A DNA stretch of 64,000 nt, taken from Oscillospiraceae bacterium (GTDB lineage Bacteria > Bacillota > Clostridia > UMGS1840 > HGM11507). The notes beneath the pieces were generated by a model, which worked only from the letters and a program-made list of their open reading frames with translations, made no database searches and was not told where the DNA came from. Both the position numbers and the translations under genes were made by a program. The stretch lies in NCBI GenBank assembly GCA_015068525.1, contig SVKJ01000003.1, positions 9,779-73,778 on the forward strand, written 5' to 3'. Numbering within the stretch: the first letter of the stretch is position 1; each line of letters opens with the position of its first letter. Below, one piece after another: positions 29,287 through 38,954 of the stretch.

Positions 29287-29640
29287 ATGGCAACTATAGC
29301 AATGTGGATATGTATTATCTTAGCATTTGGACTAGGCATTCCATTACTAGAGGCAGATATGGAGCTTTTAGGTACTTTATGCTTGGGTGGTTTTGCGTTA
29401 TTGGGACTGTTTTTAGAATCTAAATTAACAACACCAGAAGAAAAAAGAGCGGAGGAAGATTATAAAAAAGAACAAGAATTTAAAAAAATGAATTGCGGTT
29501 ATAAGTGCCCTAATTGCGGTGCAAAGGCAGGACATAAAATAAGTGCAATATCTAAAAGTTTTTCTATCAGCACCTTTGGAATTGCTTCTAGTAAAATTGG
29601 TAAAACATATAAATGTGAAAAATGTGGTTACCTGTGGTGA
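29287..29640 (+). CDS. small membrane protein with C-terminal zinc ribbon (hypothetical)
   Basis: 117 aa; two N-terminal TM helices; CPNCG...CEKCG ribbon; SD GGGGGAG 7 nt upstream. Confidence 0.6.
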   Translation: MATIAMWICIILAFGLGIPLLEADMELLGTLCLGGFALLGLFLESKLTTPEEKRAEEDYKKEQEFKKMNCGYKCPNCGAKAGHKISAISKSFSISTFGIASSKIGKTYKCEKCGYLW

Positions 29641-29790
29641 GGTGCGACTTTGATGAAATCAAAATAATACTATATGTATAAGTGTGTTTCTATAACTTAA
29701 AATAAGAAATTTATAAGGGAAAATATCTATATCTCCTTATTATTAAGAACATATGTCATAGTAGAGTTTCTACAGCCTCTCGCGGTAAAT

Positions 29791-29822
29791 AAAAAACTTG
29801 GAGTTATTTCTCCAAGTTTTTT
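29791..29822. terminator. bidirectional terminator (serves frr); contains the right copy of the 17-nt direct repeat
   Basis: aaaaaa-cttggag-ttattt-ctccaag-tttttt; the 17-mer at 29791-29807 is identical to 28374-28390. Confidence 0.85.
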
Positions 29823-29832
29823 ATATGAAATA

Positions 29833-30387
29833 TTAAACTGTTAAAATTTCTTTTTCTTTTTCTTTTGCAATATCGTCAATATTTTTAACGAATTTATCAG
29901 TAATTTTCTGGATTTTATCTTCTGCTTCTTTTACATCGTCTTCAGTAATTTTGTTATCTTTCTTTAAAGCCTTGATTTTGTCGATTCCGTCTCTTCTTAT
30001 GTTTCTAACTGAAACTTTTGAGTTTTCAGCAATTTTTGAAACATCTTTAACAAGTGCTTTTCTTCTTTCTTCTGTAAGAGGAGGGAAGTTAAGTCTTATA
30101 ACTTTTCCGTCGTTTGTAGGATTGATGCCTATATCTGATTTCTGGATTTCTTTTTCAATTTCTTTTAAAACTGATGCGTCCCATGGCTGAATAAGTAAAG
30201 TTCTTGCTTCAGGTACTGAAACATTACCAAGTTGATTTATAGGGGTAGGAGTGCCGTAATATTCAACCTTTATTTTATCTAAGATTGCAGGATTTGCTCT
30301 GCCTGCACGGATTGATGCATACTCATTGTTAAGTGCATCAATTGATTTTTGCATTTTAACTTCAATATTTGCAATTGTTTCTTTCAT
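29833..30387 (-). CDS. frr: ribosome recycling factor
   Basis: 184 aa; ...ASIRAGRANPAILDKIKVEYYGTPTPINQLGNVSVPEARTLLIQPWD... is canonical Frr. Confidence 0.96.
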   Translation of the reverse strand: MKETIANIEVKMQKSIDALNNEYASIRAGRANPAILDKIKVEYYGTPTPINQLGNVSVPEARTLLIQPWDASVLKEIEKEIQKSDIGINPTNDGKVIRLNFPPLTEERRKALVKDVSKIAENSKVSVRNIRRDGIDKIKALKKDNKITEDDVKEAEDKIQKITDKFVKNIDDIAKEKEKEILTV

Positions 30388-30412
30388 AATAATCTATATC
30401 CTTTCATAAAAA

Positions 30413-31120
30413 TTACTCGCCAACGTAAGTTCCTATTTTTTCGCCTTTTACAACTTTTATTATATTCTCAGGAATATCAAGACCAAATACTTCAATAGGA
30501 ATATTATTATCCATACATAGTGAAATAGCAGTTGAGTCCATAACTTTTAAACCTTTGTTAAGAACATCAATATATTTAATTGAGTCAAATTTAATTGCGC
30601 TTTTATCTATATTAGGATCTGCAGTATAAACACCGTCAACATTTTTAGCAAGAAGTATTACATCTGCTTCTATTTCCGCTGCTCTTAAAGATGCAGCAGT
30701 ATCAGTAGAGAAGAATGGGTTGCCTGTTCCACAACCGAAAACAACAACTCTGCCTTTTTCTAAATGCCTTATTGCTTTGTTTCTTATATAAGGTTCTGCA
30801 ATTTGCTTCATTTCAATACCTGTCTGAACTCTTGCCTGAACTCCAACAGATTCTAAAGTGTCAAGTATAGCAAGAGCGTTTATTGTTGTAGCAAGCATCC
30901 CCATGTGGTCGGCTCTTGTTCTGTCCATATTATCTCCGCTTCTGCCTCTCCAGAAATTACCTCCGCCAACTACTATTGCAACCTGAATGTTCATTTCGGT
31001 AAGAATTTTAATCTGTTCGCAAACTTCCTTAATCTTTTTAAAATTAAGACCAAATCCACCTTCATTTGATAATGCTTCTCCGCTTAATTTTAAAAGAATT
31101 CTTTTGTACTTGCAGTCCAT
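30413..31120 (-). CDS. pyrH: UMP kinase
   Basis: 235 aa; [13 protein letters not shown]..., [23 protein letters not shown]. Confidence 0.96.
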   Translation of the reverse strand: MDCKYKRILLKLSGEALSNEGGFGLNFKKIKEVCEQIKILTEMNIQVAIVVGGGNFWRGRSGDNMDRTRADHMGMLATTINALAILDTLESVGVQARVQTGIEMKQIAEPYIRNKAIRHLEKGRVVVFGCGTGNPFFSTDTAASLRAAEIEADVILLAKNVDGVYTADPNIDKSAIKFDSIKYIDVLNKGLKVMDSTAISLCMDNNIPIEVFGLDIPENIIKVVKGEKIGTYVGE

Positions 31121-31280
31121 AAAATCATCCTTTCACTATGTAATTATATATAATCAATTTATATTATATCATATATATTTAAAATTTTAAAGAATTATTT
31201 TTAAAAAACTTAAGAAAATCAACCTTACCTTTTATTGACTATAAAAAAATATAATGATATAATTTACAGGGGGGATATAA

Positions 31281-32561
31281 GTGCTAAAAATATTTAGGGA
31301 TTTTTCATCTGAAAATAATAAAAAAGATTTTATTCTTGCAAGGCGTATAATTGAAATAATTTTATATTTAACAGCATCAATTCAACTTTTTCAGGAGTTT
31401 TCCGACAGCAGATATTTTGACCAGTTTATGATTATACTCTCATGCTTGGGTATGTATGTGTTTTATTTTGGTGCATTGAAAAAAATGTTCTATATCATAG
31501 AAAATTTTGAAACCGAATATTATATTGGGCAGAAAGAAATGATGGATTTTCATAATAACTTTATTGCCAGCATGTTTATTCCTATGATATTTTTATTTAA
31601 AACTGATGAAAGAATATTTACGGGAACTTCTTTGTGGGACCTTGATTCTATGAAAAAAATTATTCTTTTGATAACTTTTTGTTCGCTGATTTACTATCGT
31701 TTTTTAGTATTTTATGCCAAAAGATATTCTGAGAAAATTAAAATCAATGAAGAATACGAAGGCTCTGATAACGTAAGTCGATATTATAACGGACTTTTAT
31801 ATTTATCGATATTTGGCTTTCTGTTAGATTTTTGCTTGTGTATTTTAAATATCGAACTCTTTAGTAGTATGGAGTGGAAAAATAATTTTTTTGCCAATAC
31901 TACGTTGGATATATCTTCCTTTCTTCTTTTGTGTGTTCTTGTGCTTTTCTTTATTAATGATAAAAAGCGTATAGTTTTAAGTGTACTTCTTACAATTACT
32001 GTTTCATATATTAGTTACAGTTCATATATGCAGTTTAGTGAGGTTAAAACATATAACTTTGGAACAGCTGATTATACCGATTATTTGATTTTTGATAAAG
32101 AAACCAATAAATATGCTGATGTTATCTGTCATTTTGGAGTAGATGAGAATAATAACGGGATATTTAAATATTATATTCTTCTTTTAGAAAAAACTGAAGA
32201 AGGATATAAAATTATCGAAGAAGCATTTGCAAGCGGTAATTATGAGTCAACCGAATATAAAAACACTTTTTCGGAGTGGCAGGACAGAGATTCTGATACT
32301 TATTTTCGAAAAAAAGATTTGGAAAAAGGAGAAAAACCTGTTTCATTTAAAATTACCAATGAAAAAGTTAAATGTGAAAAGGGTGGTTTGTTAGAAGAAT
32401 ATATAGACAGCAAACAATATGTAAAAGTGAATTTTTACGATGAAAAAACAGATAGTGTTATTGTAGGAGACGGATATATAAATTTCAGAGGTAATATACT
32501 TGAAAAATCAGATAGATTAGATGGATATTTAGACAAAATGTTTGAAAGAGCTAAAATATAA
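31281..32561 (+). CDS. hypothetical polytopic membrane protein with a soluble C-terminal domain
   Basis: 426 aa, GTG start with SD GGGGGGA; about 7 hydrophobic helices, then a roughly 180-aa hydrophilic domain. No family recognised. Confidence 0.6.
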   Translation: MLKIFRDFSSENNKKDFILARRIIEIILYLTASIQLFQEFSDSRYFDQFMIILSCLGMYVFYFGALKKMFYIIENFETEYYIGQKEMMDFHNNFIASMFIPMIFLFKTDERIFTGTSLWDLDSMKKIILLITFCSLIYYRFLVFYAKRYSEKIKINEEYEGSDNVSRYYNGLLYLSIFGFLLDFCLCILNIELFSSMEWKNNFFANTTLDISSFLLLCVLVLFFINDKKRIVLSVLLTITVSYISYSSYMQFSEVKTYNFGTADYTDYLIFDKETNKYADVICHFGVDENNNGIFKYYILLLEKTEEGYKIIEEAFASGNYESTEYKNTFSEWQDRDSDTYFRKKDLEKGEKPVSFKITNEKVKCEKGGLLEEYIDSKQYVKVNFYDEKTDSVIVGDGYINFRGNILEKSDRLDGYLDKMFERAKI

Positions 32562-32567
32562 CAACTA

Positions 32568-32596
32568 TTGAAATTTTTGTGTATTTGTTGTATAAT
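32568..32596 (+). promoter_or_regulatory. sigma-A type promoter reading into array 2 and pspC
   Basis: TTGAAA (32568-32573), 17-nt spacer, TATAAT (32591-32596). Confidence 0.5.
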
Positions 32597-32797
32597 AGAT
32601 TTAAATTAAGTTAAATCTATTCAGCTGAATTTGCCTTTCGCGAGCTAAATGTGCTGACGCACGCTAAATTACTTCGTAGCTAAATTTACCTACGCTAAGC
32701 TATATAAGCGAATTTAATTTAGCTACTCCAAAGGAGTTATTTAGTTATGGAACAAAGTGGAATAATTTAGCTTTGCAACTTGTTGAAAAATTTAGCT
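32597..32797. repeat. word/mini-hairpin palindromic array 2 (word GCTAAATT / AATTTAGC), preceded by two palindromes
   Basis: Hairpin agatttaa-attaag-ttaaatct (32597-32618) and the perfect palindrome ATTCAGCTGAAT (32619-32630). Direct words at 32643, 32663 and 32678; inverted words at 32716, 32764 and 32789. Mini-hairpins gtgc-tgac-gcac, tac-ttc-gta, actcc-aaa-ggagt, caac-tt-gttg. Confidence 0.8.
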
Positions 32798-32852
32798 AAA
32801 AAGTTTGGTATCTAAAATGTTTACTAATTGTATAATAAATGGGGGTCATACT

Positions 32853-33044
32853 ATGAAAAAGAAACTTTATAAATCAAAAGAAGATAAAAAACTTTGTGGT
32901 GTTTGCGGAGGGATAGCCGAGTACTTTGAACTGGATTCCACATTAGTTCGATTAGCGTGGATCGTTTTTACTCTTATGGGTGGTTCAGGGATTATCGGAT
33001 ATATTATTGCAGCACTTGTTATGCCTGAATTGAAAGAAGAATAA
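32853..33044 (+). CDS. PspC domain-containing membrane protein
   Basis: 63 aa from ATG 32853 (SD GGGGG); [35 protein letters not shown] is the PspC motif. Confidence 0.85.
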   Translation: MKKKLYKSKEDKKLCGVCGGIAEYFELDSTLVRLAWIVFTLMGGSGIIGYIIAALVMPELKEE

Positions 33045-33088
33045 CTATTACTGTTAAAAATTTATAACATTAAAAGGAGAGATAGTAT

Positions 33089-34483
33089 ATGAAAAGAATA
33101 ATAACTGTCTTAATTACGATTATTGTTTTTATGACAACCACAGTATTTGCTGATGTAAATATTCCAAAAGAATTTATGGCATATCCGCAAAATTACACTG
33201 CATCATACAGTTTGTCAATGCAGATTGACGATAATACTGATATACGTGCTCTGTTTGATGAGATTTTTACAACAGATGATGCTATTTCAAATGCAATCGG
33301 AACTGACTTTATGTCTTTCTTATCTGCTATGTTTGAATATGATGGTAATATATATCTTCAGGCAGATATGAGCAAGGACTTTAAAAAAATAAAATTATCA
33401 ATGACTAATTCAACTAAGTTTTCTTCGGTAGTTTCGACTAATCTGAATTATACAGTTAATTCCAATGTAGGCATTTGGATGGACATGGATTTTTCTGATG
33501 AAACCAAACCTAAACTCGATTTAATTTTACAGTCACCTACATCAGATAAATACTACTCTATAAATGTAGGAAATTATATTACAAAGGAAGATATAGATTC
33601 TTTTTTGAATGTTTTTAATGCTGAATATATTAAAAAGTTTTATGAAGATCTTGCAGTTGCTTTTTATGAGAATGCGACTGTAAACAAAACAAACTATGGA
33701 TGCAAGATTTCTATGGATAATGAAGGTTTTGTCCGCTATTTAGATGAAGTTGTTACACGAATTTCTGATGAGCAAATTACAGAAGATGAAGAGATTTCTT
33801 TTTCATTTAAAGATATGAACTTTTTGGGAAAAGACGGTATACAAGCTGATTATAGATTTAAAAACGGATATATTTACTTTTCTCAGGTAAGTGCAGATAT
33901 AATGCTTGATATTTCAAGCATTACAAAGGCAATCGGAGAAGAATGGCCATATAAATCATCTGGGAAAATAAATATTAAGATAAATGAAAAGATTGATTAT
34001 ACAAAAATAGATAAAACAGTGGTTGAGTATCCGTATATTAATGACGGCAACAGCATTTCTTTGAATAATTTATTTGAGGATGAAATGAACTCAAATGAAT
34101 ACGAAGATTATGAGTTTGAGTATCCTTATTGGACTGCGAGTGCTTATTGTACTACTCTTCCTGTAATTGATGGCCAGTACTATGTTCCTCTTCGTGCCAT
34201 TTTGGAGGACGGATATGCAGAATCGGTTTTGATTGATTATAATAACGATGTAATCACAGCCACAAGTGAGTATTTTGATGGATTTAATACTCTTACGATG
34301 ACCATTGGTTCAGATAAAGTTTATTTAGATTCTGTTGAGCATACTATAGGTAAAGTGATTTTGATAGATGATGTTACATACGTAAATTCACGTTTGTTTA
34401 CCGATGTGTTTGGATGGCAACTTACAGATATAACTCATGAATTGATAAGCGATACTTATTCTGTTACTTTTTATACTGAATAG
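33089..34483 (+). CDS. secreted hypothetical protein with C-terminal copper-amine-oxidase N-terminal-like (stalk) domain
   Basis: Signal peptide MKRIITVLITIIVFMTTTVFA. The last roughly 110 aa (YYVPLRAILEDGYAESVLIDYN...VTYVNSRLFTDVFGW) resemble the stalk domain also found in the amidase at 17306. Confidence 0.6.
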   Translation: MKRIITVLITIIVFMTTTVFADVNIPKEFMAYPQNYTASYSLSMQIDDNTDIRALFDEIFTTDDAISNAIGTDFMSFLSAMFEYDGNIYLQADMSKDFKKIKLSMTNSTKFSSVVSTNLNYTVNSNVGIWMDMDFSDETKPKLDLILQSPTSDKYYSINVGNYITKEDIDSFLNVFNAEYIKKFYEDLAVAFYENATVNKTNYGCKISMDNEGFVRYLDEVVTRISDEQITEDEEISFSFKDMNFLGKDGIQADYRFKNGYIYFSQVSADIMLDISSITKAIGEEWPYKSSGKINIKINEKIDYTKIDKTVVEYPYINDGNSISLNNLFEDEMNSNEYEDYEFEYPYWTASAYCTTLPVIDGQYYVPLRAILEDGYAESVLIDYNNDVITATSEYFDGFNTLTMTIGSDKVYLDSVEHTIGKVILIDDVTYVNSRLFTDVFGWQLTDITHELISDTYSVTFYTE

Positions 34484-34528
34484 TATGTTGGAGTATTAAA
34501 AATACAATATAAAAACAAAAGATAAATT

Positions 34529-36442
34529 ATGAATAACAAAAACTTATTTTTACCACTTACAACTGAAGAGATGAAACAAAGAGGGTGGAATGAGGTTGAT
34601 TTTGTTCTGATATCAGCCGATGCCTATGTTGACCACCCTTCTTTTGCAAACGCAATAATTGGACGTGTTGTTTCCGATTTAGGCTTTAAAGTAGGAATTA
34701 TTTCTCAACCTGACTGGAACAATGATAACGCATTTAAAATATTCGGAAAACCCAAGTATGCATTTTTGATTTCAGGCGGTAACATTGACTCTATGGTTAA
34801 TCACTATACGGTTAATAAGAAAAAAAGGAGTACCGATTCTTATTCGCCGGGAGGAAAAGCGGGGTTAAGACCTGATCGTCCTACAATTGTTTACTCAAAC
34901 AAGATAAGGGGTATATATAAAGATGTCCCAGTTATTGTAGGCGGGATTGAGGCGTCCTTAAGAAGATTTGCTCATTACGATTACTGGCAGGATAAGATAA
35001 AAAGGTCGGTGCTTTGTGACTCTCAGGCAGACCTTCTCATATATGGAATGGGAGAAAGAAGTATTAAAGAAATTGTTACCCGTCTTGGTAATGGCGAGAA
35101 GATTGAAAGTATAACCGATGTTAAAGGAACTTGCTATTTAACGAAGGATATATCAGGAATTGAAAATTATATAATGCTTCCTTCGTTTAATGAGGTTTGT
35201 GAGAGTAAAACAAAATATGCCAAATCAGTTAAACTTCAGTATGAAGAACATAATGCATATATAGGAAAAATTTTAATAGAGAAACAAAATGACAATCTTT
35301 ATCTTGTTGAGAATCCACCGCAGAAAGTTCTTTCAAGGCAGGAACTTGATAAAGTATACTCACTTCCTTACCAAAGGAAATGGCATCCGTTATATGATAA
35401 AATGGGCGGAGTGCCTGCAATAGATGAGGTTAAGTTTTCTGTTATTTCCGAGCGGGGATGTTTTGGTGGGTGTAATTTTTGCTCACTTGCTTTCCATCAG
35501 GGGAGAGTTGTTTCTTCAAGGAGCGAAAAATCAATTATAAGTGAAGTCAAAAAGATAGTATATGACGAAGATTTTAAGGGATATATTCATGATGTCGGAG
35601 GTCCGACAGCAAATTTCAGATTTCCTGCCTGTGAAAAGCAATTGGAAAAGGGTGCATGTAAAAACAGGCAATGTTTAGCACCTACACCTTGTAAGAACTT
35701 AAAAGTATCTCACACTGAGTATTTAAACCTTCTTCGTAAGATAAAAGAAATTGACGGTGTAAAAAAGGTGTTTATCCGTTCCGGAATTCGTTTTGATTAT
35801 CTTATTTATGACAAGAATAACGAATTCTTTAAAGAACTTGTTTCAGACCATGTTTCGGGGCAACTTAAAGTAGCACCTGAACATTGTTCGAAAAATGTTT
35901 TGAATCTTATGGGTAAACCTGAAATTAAAGTATTTAATAAATTCAGGGAAAGGTTTTTTGATTATTCAAAAAAAGCAGGAAAAGAACAGTATATTGTTCC
36001 TTATCTTATGTCTTCTCATCCGGGAAGCAGTTTAAAAGATGCAATAATGCTTGCTGAGTATTTAAGGGATATAAATTATCAGCCTGAACAGGTTCAGGAT
36101 TTCTATCCAACACCTGGTACAATTTCTACCTGTATGTACTACACAGGGCTTAATCCTCTTAATATGGAAAAAGTATATGTTCCAAAATCATATAAAGAAA
36201 AAAACATGCAACGAGCACTCCTTCAATACAGAAAAAAAGAAAATTATGAAATTGTTAAGGAAGCGCTTACAATAGCAGGGCGAAAAGACCTTATCGGTTT
36301 TGATAAAAAATGCTTAATAAAGCCAAGAATTACAAATAATAAAAATGATATGAGGAGAAAAAAAGAAAATGAAAGCACAAATAATAAACGGAAAACAAGT
36401 CTCACAAAACATCAAAGAAAGAATAAAAAAAGAGGTAAGTGA
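34529..36442 (+). CDS. ygiQ: YgiQ family radical SAM protein (UPF0313)
   Basis: 637 aa; [33 protein letters not shown]-terminus; CFGGCNFCS cluster motif; Lys/Arg-rich tail. Confidence 0.9.
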   Translation: MNNKNLFLPLTTEEMKQRGWNEVDFVLISADAYVDHPSFANAIIGRVVSDLGFKVGIISQPDWNNDNAFKIFGKPKYAFLISGGNIDSMVNHYTVNKKKRSTDSYSPGGKAGLRPDRPTIVYSNKIRGIYKDVPVIVGGIEASLRRFAHYDYWQDKIKRSVLCDSQADLLIYGMGERSIKEIVTRLGNGEKIESITDVKGTCYLTKDISGIENYIMLPSFNEVCESKTKYAKSVKLQYEEHNAYIGKILIEKQNDNLYLVENPPQKVLSRQELDKVYSLPYQRKWHPLYDKMGGVPAIDEVKFSVISERGCFGGCNFCSLAFHQGRVVSSRSEKSIISEVKKIVYDEDFKGYIHDVGGPTANFRFPACEKQLEKGACKNRQCLAPTPCKNLKVSHTEYLNLLRKIKEIDGVKKVFIRSGIRFDYLIYDKNNEFFKELVSDHVSGQLKVAPEHCSKNVLNLMGKPEIKVFNKFRERFFDYSKKAGKEQYIVPYLMSSHPGSSLKDAIMLAEYLRDINYQPEQVQDFYPTPGTISTCMYYTGLNPLNMEKVYVPKSYKEKNMQRALLQYRKKENYEIVKEALTIAGRKDLIGFDKKCLIKPRITNNKNDMRRKKENESTNNKRKTSLTKHQRKNKKRGK

Positions 36443-37226
36443 ACTTAAGGATAAAGGCATAGTTCCTGGACTTGCAGTTGTAATAGTTGGAGATGATCCC
36501 GCATCAAGAGTATATGTTAATTCCAAGAAAAAAGCCTGCGAAGAACTTGGAATGTATTCAGTAGAATATGCACTATCAAGTGATACCACTCAAAAAGAAC
36601 TGATTGATTTAGTAAATAAATTAAATGATGACGAAAAAATAAACGGAATTTTAGTTCAACTGCCATTGCCGAAACATCTTGATGAAAAACTTGTTATAAA
36701 TACTATCAAGCCTGAAAAAGATGTAGATGCATTTCATCCTGTAAATGTTGGTAAAATTATGATAGGAGATTTTAATTTTCTTCCATGCACACCTGCCGGA
36801 GTAATGGAACTTATTAAAGAAACTGGTATTGAGATTGCCGGTAAAGAGTGTGTTATAATAGGCAGAAGTAATATTGTCGGAAAACCACAGGCTATGCTTA
36901 TGCTTCATAAAAATGCAACAGTAACTATTTGCCATTCCAAAACAAAAGATTTAAAAGAAGTGGTTAAAAGAGCAGATATAGTTGTTGCAGCAGTTGGTGT
37001 TGCCAATATGGTAACAAAAGACATGATAAAAGAAGGTGCAGTTGTAATAGATGTCGGAATGAACAGACTTGAAAACGGCAAACTTTGCGGTGACGTTGAT
37101 TTTGAAGGCGTAAGTGAAGTAGCATCGTTTATAACTCCTGTTCCGGGCGGAGTTGGTCCTATGACTATTGCAATGCTTATGGAAAATACTCTTACTTCAG
37201 CAAAACTGAAAGCAGGTCTTATATGA
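36369..37226 (+). CDS. folD: bifunctional methylenetetrahydrofolate dehydrogenase / methenyltetrahydrofolate cyclohydrolase
   Basis: 285 aa; [48 protein letters not shown]. Confidence 0.95.
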   Translation: MKAQIINGKQVSQNIKERIKKEVSELKDKGIVPGLAVVIVGDDPASRVYVNSKKKACEELGMYSVEYALSSDTTQKELIDLVNKLNDDEKINGILVQLPLPKHLDEKLVINTIKPEKDVDAFHPVNVGKIMIGDFNFLPCTPAGVMELIKETGIEIAGKECVIIGRSNIVGKPQAMLMLHKNATVTICHSKTKDLKEVVKRADIVVAAVGVANMVTKDMIKEGAVVIDVGMNRLENGKLCGDVDFEGVSEVASFITPVPGGVGPMTIAMLMENTLTSAKLKAGLI

Positions 37227-37465
37227 GAATAGATAAATATTTAAAAGTATCACGTCTTATAAAGAGGAGAACGGTTGCAAACGAAGCATGTGAACAGGGA
37301 AGAATAACTGTTAATGATAAAATAGTTAAACCATCATATGATGTTAAAATAGGTGATGTTCTTTCTATTCGTTTTGGTGACAGGGTTGTAACAGTCCGTG
37401 TCACAGCAATTTCAGAACATGTTAAAAAAGATGAGGCTTCAAATATGTTTGAAGCAGTGCAGTAA
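37223..37465 (+). CDS. yabO: S4-domain RNA-binding protein (YabO / Hsp15-like)
   Basis: 80 aa; [31 protein letters not shown]; position before yabP-yabQ-divIC as in B. subtilis. Confidence 0.85.
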   Translation: MRIDKYLKVSRLIKRRTVANEACEQGRITVNDKIVKPSYDVKIGDVLSIRFGDRVVTVRVTAISEHVKKDEASNMFEAVQ

Positions 37466-37520
37466 ATATATCATAAAAAATCACTTCCTTAAATATACAT
37501 TATTTAGGAGGTGCTTTTTT

Positions 37521-37790
37521 ATGGCAGAGGAAATGCAAAAACAAAATATATCTTTAGAATCAAGAAGAAAACTAAGCATTACAGGTGTAAAAGAGGTAGA
37601 AAATTTTGATGATAATACAATAACATTGATTACTGATTTGGGAACACTTTCTGTAAAGGGTAGTGAAATAAAAATCGAGAAACTTAATCTGGACTCAGGC
37701 GAGGTATCTGCAACAGGGGATTTTTACGCTTTTGAGTACATATCGGATGAAAACACAAAACGCACATTTTTCTCAAGAATGTTCAGGTAA
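37521..37790 (+). CDS. yabP: sporulation protein YabP
   Basis: ATG 37521 with SD AGGAGG; LESRRKLSITGVKEVENFDDNTITLITDLGTLSVKGSEIKIEKLNLDSGEV. Confidence 0.9.
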   Translation: MAEEMQKQNISLESRRKLSITGVKEVENFDDNTITLITDLGTLSVKGSEIKIEKLNLDSGEVSATGDFYAFEYISDENTKRTFFSRMFR

Positions 37791-37795
37791 AAAGT

Positions 37796-38281
37796 ATGGA
37801 GTTTACAGTTTTAGAACAGACAATAGCTTTTCTTTATTCTTCTTTAACCGGTTTTACAGTGGGATTTATTTATGATTTTATAAGATGTTTTAAAAAGACA
37901 TTTTTTAAAAGTAAGGTTATATGGGATATTCTTGATGTAGTATTTGTGCTGATTTGTGCAGTTTTTTTGTTTTTCTCGTTTTATTCTATTTGTGGCTTAA
38001 GTTTCAGATTTTATCACATTTTAGGACTTGTTTTAGGCGGAATTGTATATTTTACATCAATAAATAGAATTATTTATAAGATTTTTGAAAAAATTTTAAT
38101 TATTTTAAGAGAAATTTTAAAAATACTCTTGTATCCTGTGAAATTTTTTAGTAAAATAGTATCAGGAATATTTTGTTGGATTATAAAAATAATAAAAATT
38201 CCGTTAAAGCATCTTAAATGTTTTATAATAAAATTTATATTAAACGTCAAGAATATAATTAAGAGAAAAAAGAAGGTATAA
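37796..38281 (+). CDS. yabQ: spore cortex biosynthesis protein YabQ
   Basis: 161 aa membrane protein; LTGFTVGFIYDFIR motif; synteny after yabP. Confidence 0.85.
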   Translation: MEFTVLEQTIAFLYSSLTGFTVGFIYDFIRCFKKTFFKSKVIWDILDVVFVLICAVFLFFSFYSICGLSFRFYHILGLVLGGIVYFTSINRIIYKIFEKILIILREILKILLYPVKFFSKIVSGIFCWIIKIIKIPLKHLKCFIIKFILNVKNIIKRKKKV

Positions 38282-38286
38282 AGAAA

Positions 38287-38565
38287 ATGAAAATAAATGT
38301 TAAAAGATTTTCAGTGTTTCTTATTGTAATTGCAACAATTTATGTAGGCGTTATGCACTATCAGGCTACTGTTGACAGTATAAATATAAAAAATGAAAAA
38401 GAGAAATATACATCTTTGATCGAAGAAGAAACTAAAAAAAATGAAGAGTATAAGAAGATTGAAGAAAATCTAAATACTGCAGATTCTTATGAGGCGATAG
38501 CCCGTGATGACCTTGGTATGTTAAAATCTGACGAAACTGTCTATATCAATCCTGAAACAAATTAA
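38287..38565 (+). CDS. divIC: septum formation initiator (FtsB/DivIC family)
   Basis: 92 aa; one TM helix plus coiled coil; ARDDLGMLKSDETVY C-terminal motif. Confidence 0.85.
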   Translation: MKINVKRFSVFLIVIATIYVGVMHYQATVDSINIKNEKEKYTSLIEEETKKNEEYKKIEENLNTADSYEAIARDDLGMLKSDETVYINPETN

Positions 38566-38583
38566 AAAATTTGGAAAAAGTTG

Positions 38584-38612
38584 TTGACAAACATATATTT
38601 TTATGTTATTAT
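38584..38612 (+). promoter_or_regulatory. sigma-A type promoter for tRNA-Leu
   Basis: TTGACA (38584-38589), 17-nt spacer, TATTAT (38607-38612). Confidence 0.55.
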
Positions 38613-38641
38613 ATTCGAGTAGTCAATTTTGACTGCATTTT

Positions 38642-38730
38642 GCCGGAGTGGCGGAACTGGCAGACGCCCAGGACTTAAAATCCTGTGGGAGGTGACTCCC
38701 GTACCGGTTCGATTCCGGTTTCCGGCACCA
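38642..38730 (+). tRNA. tRNA-Leu (anticodon UAA), class II with long variable arm, CCA encoded
   Basis: Acceptor GCCGGAG/TTCCGGC; anticodon arm CAGGA-CTTAAAA-TCCTG; variable arm GGGAG-GTGA-CTCCC; T-arm ACCGG-TTCGATT-CCGGT; ends in ACCA. Confidence 0.95.
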
Positions 38731-38731
38731 G

Positions 38732-38764
38732 AAAAAAGACTTGTCATTTGACAAGTCTTTTTTC
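38732..38764 (+). terminator. rho-independent (bidirectional-type) terminator after tRNA-Leu
   Basis: aaaaaa-gacttgtca-tt-tgacaagtc-tttttt. Confidence 0.85.
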
Positions 38765-38766
38765 AG

Positions 38767-38932
38767 TTAAATCCGTTTAGCGACGGAATAAATCTGCTTT
38801 GCAGATGAAATCACTTTGTGATGAAATCCGACTTTATCGGAATAAAAGACGGATTAAATTTTTTTTAAATCCGTCAGGTTTTGATTTCATCCAAACTTGT
38901 TTGGATTTCATCGTGCCTTGCACGATTTCGTT
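38767..38932. repeat. word/mini-hairpin palindromic array 3 (word GATGAAATC / GATTTCATC)
   Basis: Direct words AATAAATC 38787, GATGAAATC 38804 and 38820. Inverted words GATTTCATC 38883 and 38904, GATTTCGTT 38924. Mini-hairpins atctgc-ttt-gcagat, atcac-ttt-gtgat, ccga-cttta-tcgg, tccaaa-cttg-tttgga, cgtgc-ctt-gcacg. Central hairpin gacggatt...aatccgtc. Confidence 0.8.
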
Positions 38933-38954
38933 ATGATATACCATTATATTTAAA

